Source of the DNA: Lytechinus pictus
Taxonomy: Eukaryota
DNA length: 64,000 bases
Direction of reading: 5' to 3'
Assembly (NCBI RefSeq): GCF_037042905.1
Contig: NC_087246.1
Coordinates: 25,854,001 to 25,918,000 of the forward strand
A program made the translations under genes and the position numbers. Shown here in pieces: positions 39,711 to 54,179 of the stretch. How positions within the stretch are numbered: the first letter of the stretch is position 1; every line of letters begins with the position of its first letter. The notes beneath the pieces are model-generated. The model made no database searches. It was not told where the DNA came from and saw nothing but the letters and a program-made list of their open reading frames with translations.

Positions 39711-41999
39711 TGTAAGGGCGACATAAACCGCACCCTTAAAGATATATATGTATAAAGATTCTTGGGATCAACATTTGCACCAAACATTTGCTCCAAACAT
39801 TTACTCCTAATGCACGATTTGAAATTTACAAAATCACTCTCTGTATGTAAACGTGTGTAGATTTTCTTTCTAAGCTAATAGTCCAGGAAAAATAACTGAT
39901 TTTGGGGGTCAACCGCAAACAAATTGCAATAGAATTTTTTTTACCACAATGCATTTCCCTGAAGTCCCCAAAATGACATACTAAAAGTCCAGAAAAATCC
40001 CAGTAGTGGAAAGACGTCTAATTTGCATAAATCCAAAATGGCCGCCAAATTTTCAGAAAATTTGAATTTTCGTACATAGATTTTGACATGAATATGTAAT
40101 TGCCACAAAATTAGTGTCATATGAAAGAGAAATAAATTTCCTACAATTTGGTACTATTTATAGGGGATAGAAAGATAATTTGGCTGAGATTTTTTAGTAG
40201 AAAACTGCATTTTTGTCATTTTTTCTCAAAAATTGAAAATTTTGGAAATACATGATTTTACATAAATCTGAGAAAAATTAAGCAATTACCTTGAAATGTT
40301 TCAGAAAACTTTACTGATATACTATTATCATGTGGATGCAATTCTAAATTGGTGTCATTCTTTTTAACAAATTTATAAGGTATCAAAGTTGAATGTTCAA
40401 ATTTTACAAATGTCGCTTTTTGTATGCATTTTTGTAGACTAATATGTATAACGTGTACAGTACAGTAGTGAAAGATTGTATGCATTTATCTGCGCTTTTT
40501 AACCACTTAGTTAAGATTAGGCTTTTTTTATATCTACATAAAAAGGTTGGTACATTGGCGCCTACCCCTCTCAGGGGGCTGTCAAAGTCACGCCTGCTGG
40601 CTATATCATGCTGTACAGTGTGTGTCAAAATAAACGCAACCACATTTTATTCCAAATTTGTGAAAAATTTGTTAGCTTTAAAGTCCAGAAAAAATTAATG
40701 ATTTAGGGGGTCAACCTCAAACAAATTGCACAATAATTTTTGTACTGCAATGCATTTCCTTGAGGTCCCCAAAGTTTCATACTAAAAGTGTTTTAAAAAT
40801 CCATGTAGTGGAAAGTCGTCTTATTTGCATAAATCCAAAATGGCGGCCATCGCAAGAATTTTCAGTAATGTTTACTTATAGTAGTACAAACACTTGTCTT
40901 ATCATAGCACTTTGAAAAGTTATGATTTCACCAGTGTTATATCTTACCATAGGCTTCGTCTTAAAATTAGGATGCAAGTCAGATTTGGCCTCTGCTGACC
41001 TCTAGAGGTCAATGACCTCAAGGTCAACGACCTCAAAATATCAGAAAATTAATGTTTGTCATCATTAGCTCATGATAAATATAATAATAATGCACACATA
41101 TTTATTATTCAATATTGACTTTCAAGGTAACCTGATATTCTAGAAAGATTTTTGTGTATTATAAATGTTGACCTTTGACCCTGGAGCAATGGAAAAGGTC
41201 AATAACCTTAACATATTACAATATTGATACTTAGCATCAGTGGTTTATGATAAACAGGCCTCTCGTGAAAAAAATACAATACAATTTATTTCAGCACAAT
41301 GCATTTCCATGAAGTCTCCAAAATGGCATACTAAGAGTCCAGAAAAATCCATGTAGTGGAAAGACATCTAGTTTTTGCATAAATCCAAAATGGTGGCCAT
41401 CGTGAGAATTTTTCATTTTTACAAATAATGGTAAAAACACTGGTCTGATCATACCACTTAAAAAATAATGATAAAAGCATTTAACTTTCACCAGTGTTTA
41501 TCTTACCATAGGCTTCATTTTAAAATTCAAATGCAATTCAGATTTGACCTTTCCTGACCTCTTGAGGACAATGACCTTAAGGCCAATGACTTAAAAATAT
41601 TGATGTTTTGCATCCAGAGTTCTTGATTAGCATCATGTTATCATTGTGTTTGAAATTTGAGGATCTCTAAAGAAATTTGACCTTAAATGTAAAAATATTG
41701 GTACTCGGCATCACTGGTTGATATGATAATGTTTTGAGGTAATTGACCTTTCACTTTCCTCAGTAGTCAAATGTTGAGATCTGCAATCTTTACCCAAATG
41801 GTCTGTTTAAAATAACAAAACCATAGATGTATAGTTGTAAGTTTGTAACGCAAGGGGCACGTTTTATAAAGAGTAACTTTGCCATTATGGCAACTACCAT
41901 GGCATTAGGGTTCAGCAGCCAATCAAAATCAAGGTTACCATGGTAGTTGTCATAATGGCAACGTTACAACATTTGTAACTCTTTATGAAACGGGTCCCA

Positions 42000-43200
42000 G
42001 GTCTTCTTTGGCTAGTACATTCCTGACTGAGGTAAGAGCATTGGGAGGTATTGAAATGATATCTGAAATGCCTCAATTATTTTTTTGCACTTATCTATGT
42101 GTACTTCCCTGGTGTAGTTGCTCATTAGAAGGGAGATGCAGCTTACCACGATGCTGGCTGGCACTGCACATCTCTTCCCATAACTTGCATAATGGTGACT
42201 CTGTCAGAGGTTGGACAGAATTAGAAATGTTTCCTAGATTTTAGGCTTTTTCAGCTAGTTTGGCATCATAGATTTGATGGACGCTATATCTTCGCTGAGA
42301 GCTAGCTCTGTGGTATAGCTACTGGTCTGCGTATATCAGATGGGCAATACCTGACAGGAAATACAGACCCTTCACATTGTTTTAGCTTTAGATAGTTTGC
42401 GATAGCCCCACAAGTGTTGCCTAGAGGTAGATGTGTCCAAGACAGCACATGTACACTCTGTAGCAGAGTATTGGTGGAGGAGTTTGTCAGTTCCGGAGAA
42501 GGTTATTATGGATCCTCATTTTCCACCTTCACTCTAAATGTGACTGATCAAGGTTGACACCAAGATATATTGCATGGTCGCAGTGCTGGAATGGAATTAA
42601 AACCATAGGTTGTTTTGAGTTTCCTCAAAGCATGAGGATTGTGGGGATGAAACAAGCTAACCTTGGTCTTTGGGTTTGAAGACTGGACTCAAGCAAGAAC
42701 ACTACCCTGAGAGAGTCAGTTCTTTTGAATTCTTTACCTGCTGGTCTTCCTGTTGAGCTCCATAAAGAGATGTCTGTTTTCTAGTAGAAGTTTGATGACT
42801 TTGGTCAGATGAATGTCATCAATGATTTGTATAGTTGTACGAGTAGACCACAGTATCAGATGCAGCTGCTAATTCAACAAAATTGTTTACACCCGTTAGT
42901 TAGTTACCGTATCAAGTCGGAAGTCCTCAGTGAACTGAGTCTGGTTGAGAACCTAGCCTGTATATTATTTACAAAGTTAAAACCAGCCTGGTTAGGAATA
43001 TGATATGTTGTTCTATAATGGGACCATTTTTTAGGATGAGATGCTCAAGTAGCTTGTAGAGATATCAGAAAAGGGCGATTGGCCTGTAGCTTTTAGGCAC
43101 ATTTGGATCTTTCCCAGGTTTGATGAATTACTTTAGCCTTCCTCAAAATTTCTGGGAGATGGGACTGTGTAGCACATTGTTAAACAGGCTGACAAGCCAT
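42000..43200 (-). pseudogene. Decayed non-LTR retrotransposon (LINE) reverse transcriptase fragment
   Basis: Minus-strand remnants FIKPGKDPNVPKSYRPIALF*YLYKLLEHLIL (about 43032-43127), HAIYLGVNLD (about 42549-42578) and LYFLSGIA/DIRR (about 42325-42366), broken by stops and frameshifts. Confidence 0.8.
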
Positions 43201-43229
43201 TCTGAAGTATGGAAGCTTAAGATGTTCAT

Positions 43230-43705
43230 ATAATCATCTCGTCAGGTCTACATCTCTTAAGGAAAAGAGATAAGATGTCGAAATCTCGGATCTCGTCATG
43301 TCTACATCCTGTGGGAGAGATGATCAGGTGACAAGATATTGGATCTCGTCATGTCAACATCTTTTAGAAGAGATGATCAGATCTGTGATCTCGTCATGTC
43401 TACATCTTTTAGAAGAGATGATCAGATGAAAAGATCTGGATCTCGTCATGTCTACATCCTATAAGAGAGAAATGATCAATGACAAGATCTGGGATCTCGT
43501 CATGTCTACAACTCTTAGGGAAAAGGATAAGATGACAATATCTTAAATATGATCATCTCTCCCACAGGAAGTAAAAAAAGGCGAGATCCAAAATCTTGCC
43601 ATCTGATCATCTCTCACACAGCATGTAGACATGACGAAATCTAAGATATTGCCATCTTATCTTTTTCCGTATGCAGACATGACGAGAAATCGGAGATGAT
43701 CAAAT
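43230..43705. repeat. About 50-bp tandem repeat that switches orientation midway
   Basis: GATCTCGTCATGTCTACATC about 6 times forward, then GTAGACATGACGA in reverse. Confidence 0.8.
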
Positions 43706-43867
43706 GAACATCTGGGCGGCAGATCAAAATGTTTCATTTACTCAGAGTGGTGTCACCGAAGCGTGCTGCCTTTCCCTTTTTTGTTCCTTCAATTTCAATA
43801 TCCAGGTGAAGTCTCCATTGGACTGGTCCCATGGAAGATATCCACTTAGTAAACTAGTTAAGTTAAG

Positions 43868-44049
43868 ACCGGTGTGTTGGCTCAGTTGGTAGAGCGTCCG
43901 TCTCACAACCGGGAGGTCGGGGGTTCAAACCCCGGCCGCGTCAGACCAAAAGACGTTAAAAGATGGGAGTTGCTGCTGCCCTGTTTGGCGTTCAACGATT
44001 AAAGGGATAGAGCCTCGTCGATCTGGCGCTGCACAGCGGCTGCCGGGCC
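43868..44049 (+). mobile_element. tRNA-derived SINE, split by an insertion (3' part resumes at about 46308-46345)
   Basis: A box TGGCTCAGTTGG and B box GGTTCAAACC followed by a non-tRNA body; no acceptor stem. Confidence 0.75.
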
Positions 44050-44262
44050 GCGAAATTATTTTTCCCACCGATTTCTGCACCAACATATGAATATTCATGA
44101 CTTGCGTCTTCGGATTAAGTGTACGCATGCGCGTGGACTTTACCTCGACCGTACCAGTGCCGCGATCGTAAGCATTCACGTTCAGTTGCTCAGAATGAAT
44201 TAGCATCGTCAAATTACCGGTACCCTTATATAGTTACATATATAGGCCTTACTGGCTTAGAT

Positions 44263-44316
<54 letters not shown>

Positions 44317-46307
44317 AATTCTTAAACACTTATCAAACTAGCTGCCATTAATGGCAAGACATGTGCTAGGCTAGCACTCGCTTAGGCTAGCGCATAGGGC
44401 CTACACCTCAAATCTGGACCTGTCTAATGCCTCATAGCCGACTAATGCCATGGTTAACTTCGAACCAGTCAATTCCGAACTTAACGTTTGATTTTATTTA
44501 CCATGGTTTAATATGTCTTGTCCGTATACAGAACGAGTCCTAGATCTAAAGAAAAAATATCTTAGTTCTAACGTTAGTCTAGTCTCTAGATCTAGACTCT
44601 GATCTACGCTGTATCAGCATGGAACAACTAGTGTAGCAAAGGGGAGGGGCAGACTGCCCCCTGACAATTTACAACTGATTCAGGGGACGTGCCCCCCTTT
44701 GAGAAGCCAAATTCATAATTGTCAAAATGCAACAAAAAAAAAGACTTATTCATTCACCCTATTTTTAACGTGTTTTTTTGCTTGTCAATTTTTTTCAGCT
44801 AATAAATCCTTAATTTGGGTGAAGACGGGGATCAAGATCACTGACGTTGGTTTGTGCCTGACGTTATACGTTCCATGCACTGCAGTGGCGTAGCTAGGAT
44901 TTTTTTCCTGGGGGGCACTGGGGGGTCCTTGCTTTTATTTCCTTGAAACTGTAGAGAAATGAAATTCACTGTTGAACGATATATGATTAAAAAGAAGTAA
45001 AAATTTTCCCCCTTTCTTTTGTCAATCTGACCCAAAACAAATATACAATTTAGAAAAGAGATAGAGAGAAGAAGAAGTTCCACCACCAAAAATAAACTTA
45101 GACAAGGGGGGAGGGAAAGGAAAAGATGGAGTAAATGTGATATTATTTTTAAAACAACCTATTGCAAAATTTGTTTTTCCTCTAGAAATAGGGGGACAAA
45201 TTTTGTTCACTCGCTCGCTTCAATTGCTTTCTTCTTTTTTGACAGAAATTTTGCTCTAGCCATGCTTGGCCCCTCAAAGTTTCTGGCTCATCATGCCATT
45301 GAAATAACCCATTTGGATATGACAAAATTGAAGACTGTGTTTAAGTTTACCAAATCTTTTCAGAATATCATTAAGACTTAAAGCATTTGGCCAAAGGAAA
45401 TAATACAAGGAAAATCCTAATGGAATAGAAATCAACTTTCTTATCGTTCTTTAGAGTTAGCTATGTTTAAAGTATGAAAATTGTTGTTGAAATTGCAGTC
45501 AGATGTCAAATTTATTCTTGTCATCAAAGCACTATTATCTTGATCATGATCATTCTTATTTACTGTCATTATCATCATTAGTCATGATTACAACACATTA
45601 CCAATACATAATGCTATTTTTCATAACTGATGTAATCTTTGTTTGAAAATTCTTGATAATGCTGGTGACAATTACAATTGATAACACTGCTAGAACACTT
45701 ACTACTGCTGCTGCTAATGTGTTACTGGTGACTGGTAGTATTGACCATTAGTGTCATTAAATATAAAAATAACAATTGAAACATTTATAATTAATTATTT
45801 AAAACAAATGAAAGTACAAAATACAAAATGCCTCGAAAAGGCCTTGAAAATGCCTTGAAATTTCAAGGCTCAAAATCCTCAAGACCAAGGCTTTGAAAAA
45901 GTAGGCCTTAGGCCGAGCATCAAGGCACTACAACACTGATTAGTACTAGGCATTAGACAGGTCCAGATTTGAGGTGTATGCGCTAGCCTAAGCGAGCCCT
46001 AGCCTAGCACATGTCTTGCCATTAATGGCAGCTAGTTTGATAAGTGTTTAAGAATTGGATATATATATATATATATATATATAAAGATCTTAGAAGCCAG
46101 TAAGGCCTATATACGTAACTATATAAGGGTACCGGTAATTTGACGATGCTAATTCATTCTGAGCAACTGAACGTGAATGCTTACGATCGCGGCACTGGTA
46201 CGGTAAGGTCGAGGTGAAGTCCACGCGCATGCGTACACTTAATCCGAAGACGCAAGTCATGAATATTCATATGTTGGTGCAGAACTCGGTGGGAAAAATA
46301 ATTTCGC
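44050..46307. mobile_element. 2.26-kb element with TIRs of about 370 bp (Mutator/foldback-like) inserted in the SINE
   Basis: 44050-44430 is the near-exact reverse complement of 45948-46307, including an (AT)n tract. Flanks TGCCGGGCC / TGCCGGCGGGCC form an imperfect TSD. Confidence 0.85.
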
Positions 46308-49072
46308 TGCCGGCGGGCCCATGATCGATTGGGCAAAGCAAATTTTCCTAGTACTTCATTTCATGTCTATTTCGAACGATAAATTATGGATTTTCAAGTT
46401 TAATATTCTAAATGAATTGACCTTTGAAAGTTTCAGGGTCAAAGGTCACAACTTTTAATAATCGCACATTTTCAAGGGGCCTTATAAGTTAACGAATTGT
46501 TTTGATGCAAAACATAAATTTTTATGATATTCCGACGTCAATTTTCATTGCTTCTAGAGTTCAGCACAGGTCAATTCTAAATTGCATTTGATTTTTAAAA
46601 TGAAACCTAGATGATAAAATATAACAGTGATGAAAGTTTACACTTTAATCATATTCTTAGTGTTATGATCAGACCAGTATTTGTACTACTACGATTAATC
46701 ATTTTGGATCACTTTTGATGCCAATAAGACGCTTTTCCACCACTTGGATTTTTCTGGACTTTTGGTATATCATTTTGGAGACTTCATGGAGATGCACGAA
46801 ATAGTATTGCAATTTTTACACATTGAGGCCTGTTTATCATATATGCTTAGCGTCAATATTCCAAAATATTAAGGTCATTGACCCTTTCTAGCTCTCCAGT
46901 TTTCAAAGGTCAAAGCTTATAACCCACCAAATTCTTTCTAAAATACGAGAATACCTCGGAATTCAATATTGAATAATTTTGTTTTCATTATTACTGGACA
47001 AAAGTCCAGAAAAATCCAAGTGGTGGAAAAGCGTCTTATTGGCATCAAAAGTGATCCAAAATGATTAATCTATTTTTATCATGAGCTAATGATACAAAAC
47101 ATCATTTTTTGATATTTTGAGGTCATTGACCTTAAGGTATTTGACCTCTAGAGATCAGCGGAGGTCAAATCGAACTTGCATCCAATTTTTGAAATGAAGC
47201 ATATGGTAAGATATAACACTGGTGAAAGTTCAATGCTTCAATAATAATTTTTAAAAGTGCTATGATCAGACCAGTGCTTGTACTAATAATCATGAAAAGT
47301 TTTCATGATGGTCGCCATTTTGGATTTATGGAAATTAGACGTCTTTCCACTACATGGATTTTTCTGGACTTTTAATATGTCATTTTGGTAACTTCATGGA
47401 AATACATCGTGCTCAATTGATTGCAATTTTTACACTAGAAGCCTGTTCATAAATCGGAGATGCTACTTGTCAATATTCTAAGATGTTAAGGTCATTGACC
47501 TTTTCCAGCTCTCCAAGGTCAAAGGTCAAGATTTATGGCCCACCAAATTCTTTCTAAAATATCAAGAAACCTTGAAAGTCAATATTGAATCATTTTGTTT
47601 TCATTATAACCATATTTATTACGTACTAATGATGCAAAGCATCAATTTTCTTATATTTAGAGGTCATTTACCTTAAGGTCATTGACCTCTAGAGGTCAGC
47701 GGAGGTCAAATATTACTTGTATTCTGATTTCAAAATGAAACCCATGGTAAGATATAACACTGGTAAAAGTTTCATGCTTTCATCATAATTTCTAAAAGTG
47801 CTATGATCAGAACAATGTTAGTACTACTATCAATAATCATCAAAAATTCTTACGGTAGCCGCCATTTTGGATTTATGCAAATTAGACATCTTTCCACTAA
47901 ATGGATTTTTCTGGACTTTTAGTATGTCATTTTCGGGACTTCATGGAAATGCACTGCGTTGAAAAAAATTCTATTGCAATTTGTTTGCGGTCAAACCTTA
48001 TTTTTCCTGGACTATAAGCTAATGCCCAGCCTGTAACTACGACTTAAATGATGGCCAAAACAATACAATAATAATTCATTCTCATACCTCATGTGTTCGT
48101 TTGTTTGTTCATTGTTTGTTTTGGGGAAAATCATATGGATTTATATAGACAAAGATCATGATACGTAGGCTCTGTGTAAAAATCAGCATGCGTGATAAAC
48201 AGGGGGGGGGGGGCTAAACACTTCAAAATTTCTGTCATTAGACCCGATAAAGTATGAAAATCACATAATTCACTCTCCGCTAAGGTTACTGCACCAGTGC
48301 ACTATGTCTACCATGAAAGAAATATACTATGGTATTTTTGTAAATAATATTCATCGAAATGCAACATAATGGATATTTGGAATGATTTTCATTTTCGAAA
48401 ACATTCGATATTCTGTTATCAGCATTATGACGAAGCAATATAACATACGTCTTTCAATATCACGCACTGCATGGGAGCTTCGGCACAAAGATCTTATTTT
48501 ATATAGTTTTACAAAATATATATGGGTATATGCCATACACCCATGCATACTTTTAAGGTGACAATAGGGATTTTACTTCTTGTTCGGAAGATCCGAATAT
48601 AGGACTAAAATAATATTTAGAAACCTTTAATCTGTATTATCTACATAAATATTAATACGATATTCGAATAACGGTTGCATTAACATCCATTTCAAATCAC
48701 CCTTTCAGTAATTTACATAATGGTTTTAAAAACACTTTTTAGTATCATTTCTCATGTTACTTCCACTGAAAAGGGATTTGCAAAAGTATGTTTACGAACT
48801 CTGTAGGATTATGACATCATTAGCATCTTGATTCACTCATTGCAGTCACGCCTTACTTTGGCGCAAGTCAAAATTTACATCACTTCAAAGAATAGGCCTA
48901 CCTACTGATTTGTCAAGTGTGAAGACATACCATATAAATATAGTATCAAATTAGTTGAGAGATAATTTTTCCATATGATAATGCGTTCATGACATACTTT
49001 TTCCCTTAAAATGGGGATTTGTGAGGTGTCATTTTTTTTACTCATACAGAATATATATATATATAATATATA

Positions 49073-49530
49073 TGGGCAATTCCATAGGTTGGTGGACATG
49101 AGCTCAATGTGTTTTTGTACATATAGCCCATCTAAACCGTAACGTGAGTAACCACTTTATCTGCACCCCTAGTAAAAACCATGTGTTCTTTATTTTTTTT
49201 AATTATATACAAATTTGTCTCCCTAATATACTTCTTTTAAATGGATATATCAACTTTCATAAAAGCCTTGTATGAGGACACTTTTCACTTATGTCCACTT
49301 TTCATTTTATGCATGTCCAAATCATGTAACATGAGTAACCGACACATTTCAAAGATTTGCCAGGAGCATGATGAAATTTCCCAAGTTTTGTTTTTATACA
49401 AAGGATAGTCAGACTGCGTACTATGTTGTGATAAAGAGATGTTTAGTTCCTTTCAATAATAATGGAGTTACAGCTCCAAGTATGAGTCAAGGTGTCTCCA
49501 AATGTAACGTGGGTAACCGTGGAATAGCCC
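49073..49530. mobile_element. MITE in a TA tract
   Basis: GGGCAATTCCA / TGGAATAGCCC termini. Confidence 0.55.
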
Positions 49531-51109
49531 ATATATATAGTTTTCTCCCTATCTTTCTTTTCTTCACGAGAAGAAGAAGCGATGAAGACGTAAAAGACGA
49601 AGAAGAACAAGAAAATGAGGATTTGGAGAGAACGAGGGAAGGGGGTGGAAGGAGGAGGATGCCGTTGATGGAAAAATATAAAAACTTATTTAAAACACAT
49701 TCAGCCCATGTAACGTATATCTTCTTATTCTTGAAACTATAAGTGGCGGGTTATCACAAGCGATGGATCGGTACAAAACCCACTTGAGAAATGCCAGATA
49801 AAAGCGGGTCATCCACTTAAATCTATAAACTGATTACTCTAGTGCTATACCTTCGCCCCTCTTTATGGGTTTTCCGACAAATAACGGTAGGGGTGTTTCT
49901 AGAACGAAGACATGACCTTACTTTGATGTGTACAAGCACACCATGAAAGCTTGTTTAGCGTGTTAAGGGGGTTGTACGGTCTATCAACCAATAAATAGGA
50001 TTATGTGTAAATCCCAGAGAATCTGCTAATTGACGGCGGAGGTTTCAATTCATAATGCCTTTGACATTGAAACGTATACGTGATAGAACCTTTGAATTAG
50101 GAAGGAATATTGTATGCGAGTGGCGACACGCAACATACAAACTCCGGTATAGGCACGATGTGCGATGGTGTGCTATAAATTATCGTTTGGTAAAATCAAC
50201 CCACGATATGGGAATAACAATAGGGATAAGGATGTGAAGAATATGCTGGTAATATTACAGTCAGAACTACCATGTAAAAGTATTTTCGATTTACATGTGG
50301 TTACAAGAAGCGATTGAAAAGGAATGAGTAAAACATATCCCTGATCGCACAAAACAACAATTCTATTATCATTCGACAAACTGAATATAGATGAAATGAA
50401 TATTTGAGTTTCTTTTTGATACTGAAATTATAACTCTCTCGTCCATTCACAAAGAATGCTTGGCCTACTTGCTATCCTGCATTCGATTGGCGCATACTTT
50501 TCAAACTCTTAGCCAATGAGCGGAAAGAACGCATTCGTACACTGTATCAATGATTCAAGTATGTACTATAATACCATGAAAATTTTTTAGAAAGCTCGAG
50601 ATCCAAACTTTGTAACTTCGTGGTAAACAGGTAAAATTGTGACCACTCTATAAAAAGGAGAGAAATTAAAACGGATAGCTGTTCTGTTGATTTTATGAAA
50701 ATGGTTGAAATTAAGATCAGTAGAGATGACCATGGACGTGTTGTAAATGAGTTTGAACCGGTAAGAACAGGGATGTATCATCTCTTTGGTTTAACCGTGA
50801 CTCAGAAAATCAAACGCAGACATTTAATATATTCGCTTCTGATTGTTTGAAAATCAAACGAACTTCATTAATTTTGATAACATTTCTTTCAACGGAGGGG
50901 GCCCCGGAACATGCAGGAAATGTGATTTTATAAACAGTGGTTAATAAAAACGAACTGATGATTGTTAAAATAGATACTTTTGGTTGATTCGTCGCCCTTT
51001 GGAATTAAAGAGAGGGCGGGGAATGAAGGTACATGAAAAGTGGGGAGGTACCGAGGAAGGAAGAGGGAGGGAGGGGAGGGGAGGAGGGAGGGAGGGGAGG
51101 GGAGGATGA

Positions 51110-51372
51110 NNNNNNNNNNNNNNNNNNNNNNNNNNNNNNNNNNNNNNNNNNNNNNNNNNNNNNNNNNNNNNNNNNNNNNNNNNNNNNNNNNNNNNNNNNN
51201 NNNNNNNNNNNNNNNNNNNNNNNNNNNNNNNNNNNNNNNNNNNNNNNNNNNNNNNNNNNNNNNNNNNNNNNNNNNNNNNNNNNNNNNNNNNNNNNNNNNN
51301 NNNNNNNNNNNNNNNNNNNNNNNNNNNNNNNNNNNNNNNNNNNNNNNNNNNNNNNNNNNNNNNNNNNNNNNN
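51110..51372. other. Assembly gap (263 N)
   Basis: Run of N adjacent to a GGAG-rich tract. Confidence 1.
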
Positions 51373-53376
51373 TCAGCACTCGTAGTGTGGTCCCTACAAG
51401 CACTGTAAGTGCTAAATTGGCACTTCATTTTTTACAGTCTATCAGATCGACAACGCTCAACTCTCTCTCCTCTTATATAAGAGGAGAGAGAGTTGAGCGT
51501 TGTCGATCTGATAGACAACACACATCGCATGATTTTGTGACGGAATAAAAAAAATAGCGATCACAACCATTATTGAGATGGAAAACTGTAAAAATTTGTT
51601 TTGAATGAGAGCGTTTTCAAAAGCATGCATCTAAAATGTCCATAATGATGGACGCATGAATGTATTCTTTTGTGAATCATAATTGCAATTCAATGTCAAC
51701 CGATTTGTAAATTTATGTTTCGAGCATGGACGGCGTTCTTGGGGTGTCACTTTTGAATGTCGAGTTTTGTAAAGCAGCCTATGGGAGTGTTCTCCCCCCC
51801 CCCCCCCCGAATGACCAACAATCTTACGAAAACGCTACGCATGATTTAAAGCGTTATAGGGGCAAGTAACGAACGCATTTATACAAAAAATAATATCTTT
51901 TCTTAATGGAAGAAAATAAATAACTTACAAGGTTGGTCTGTCATCCATTTCTGACATAAACATATGAGTTGCCATAACGTATTGTTTAACAACAAATAGC
52001 AAACGATTGAATGTTTCAACATTTTGTCTGAGGAGGGTGGAAGAATGACTACATTTAGATCTGTACACATTCCAAGGTTTTCACTAGCCCTTTTTCTAGT
52101 GCTGCTAAGTTTAATTGGCTGGAGTCATGAGGCATTATTGGTCTATAATAACTGTCTTAATTATGATTATTCTATAGATCACTTGATACATTGGGTTATT
52201 TAACATTTAATTTGGAGAAAATGCCGGTGGCCGGCAGTCCATGGGCCTTTTGTGGCACTGTGTCGGCCGGTCAGGGGCCGTGTCGGTTTTTCAATGCCGG
52301 TCTCTGCCGGCCTAAGTGGCACTACTGGTACGTACCAAAATGATTGAACGCCAACTTGGGCTATTTATGTACCAAGATCAAACAAGATACTGGGTTTTGT
52401 TAACAGATGAACGGAATGAACAGAACTTTCTGATTGCCTTATTTCGCAAGGGTTGATTAAAGGTGTTTGATTGAATCACCATTGTATGGCGCCGTCTACA
52501 TGTGGTTTTAATTGTTTAACGGTGACGAGTATTTGGGAGCTACTTGTAAAATCTAATGGTTAGATCTCCGATAAAAGTCACAACTCAGCTCAAGTTGTCG
52601 ACCTCCAATCATGATCATTTTAGTGCTGAAGATGAACTTAAATAAAAGATATTCTGAAAATTTGAACTCACGATTATAACACTGATGTAGCTGTCCCATT
52701 CGTTTTGTTACTTGAAATTAACGCAGCATTAATTAGGTAGAAAGCAGCTCAGCGCAGGGAATGGTTTCCAAGGGAAAAGCCACCAAAACAAGGATTGACA
52801 TGCTTAAAATATGAAATGATATAGAGAAAACTTTGCCACCTACCCCCTTCCAATCCACCACCACCAAATAATATAATTGAATAATAAAGCAATATAACAA
52901 ATGTCATCCTTGTAATATAGAATATTTACATATTGGAAGTAAAAAAACAAATCACCAACGTCATCATCACCAACACCATCATCACTAACATTACCACCAC
53001 CATCATCATCATCAGTGGCGTGGTGAATCAAGAATTTGGAGTAGAACACGAATGTTGTACAGGGTTCTAAATAGCCGCGAGGTAGCAAAGCGAGGGGGCA
53101 AAACATTTGAAAATGAAGTCTATTTAAAAGAATATCTAGAAAATAGTTTCATATTGTACTCTTTTCCTCTTCATTCGCTTTTTTATTTTTTTTTCTTTCT
53201 TTCCCCCCTTTTTATAGATCATTGACCTTTTGGAGAAAGGATTAGGATTAAAGTACCACCAGCCCATATTATGTTTACGCCGGTGATCATCATCATCTTC
53301 TTCTTCGCAATCGTACTAGACATAATGATGGTCATAAGCAACATGGGCAATGAATATTAAAATGAATGATACTGAC

Positions 53377-53922
53377 CGCTGCAAGATGAGCAACGAGAAC
53401 AGCGATACCAATGGCGAGTGGACCGGATCCGCCAGGGCTAGCTCGTTTACTATCAACCGTTGAGAAGATGACTAGCACCAACTGAAATGTCAGGCAAACT
53501 TCCATGAGGAATGCCTGCCAGTCTTGAACCCCAGAACCCGGTGTCGTCGGCCCTACGTTATTGGAGACACCGGAAGGTGTGATGGCATAGACCATACCGG
53601 CTGCCGCCATGGCGCCAAGGCACTGAGCAATGGAGTACGCGAAACATCTGAGAGGGGTGATTCTATGAAGGAGCCAGAAGGCAACGGAGACCGCCGGGTT
53701 GAGATGTCCACCGCTGATGTGAGCGGTAGCGTGGACGAAGGTCGCCAGGGCCAAGCCGAAAGCGAGTGAGATCTGAACCTGACTTGGAATGACGGGAGGA
53801 GCCCAGCTGGTAGTCGATGAGATACCGATAAAGATGAAGAAAAACATGCCCACCATTTCGGCAATCACTGCTTGCCAAAACTTCAATGACTTCAGCTCGC
53901 TGGCCATCGATTCATCTGCCAT
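53377..53922 (-). CDS. Aquaporin large 5' coding exon A (TM1-TM5, first NPA)
   Basis: MADESMASELKSLKFWQAVIAE...HISGGHLNPAVS...IGIAVLVAHLAA, then a GTCAGT donor at 53376, phase 0. Confidence 0.92.
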
Positions 53923-54179
53923 GCTGATCCAAGTTACTCGTTCAACTTCAAACTATCACAACCAAGAAAATGTATAAGATCAAGACTGCAAAGGAATCGC
54001 ATCAACATCAAGTGAAACTCAGAATTTGGGTTACAACTATTCCTTCAATGTTATTATAAAATTCAGAATCGAAGATGATCTCACAAGGAAAGGGTACGTA
54101 TAAAATATGAAGAGGATTCATAAGACGATATTATTTTTAAGCATGGGCTCGTGATCCAAACTGAAACGATGACGAGAAT

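Larger units (their letters stand above)
39879..48014. mobile_element. 8.1-kb non-autonomous DNA transposon with long modular inverted arms and 8-bp TSD (hAT-like)
   Basis: TIRs TAGTCCAGGAAAAATAA / TTATTTTTCCTGGACTA; perfect TSD TAAGCTAA at 39871-39878 and 48015-48022. Arms at about 39879-41780 and 46380-48014 are inverted and modular. Confidence 0.88.

Noticed and set aside
43868-43945. tRNA gene
   Set aside because: It has A/B boxes and D/T-arm-like stems but no pairing acceptor stem, and it continues into a repeat body; it is a SINE head.
50928-51548. ORFs spanning the N run
   Set aside because: Artefacts of translating the assembly gap.
53332-53376. Exons A and B as stand-alone intronless aquaporins using their ORF-track C-termini
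   Set aside because: Homology stops exactly at GT donors at the conserved intron position; the read-through tails are intronic and lack NPA2 and TM6.
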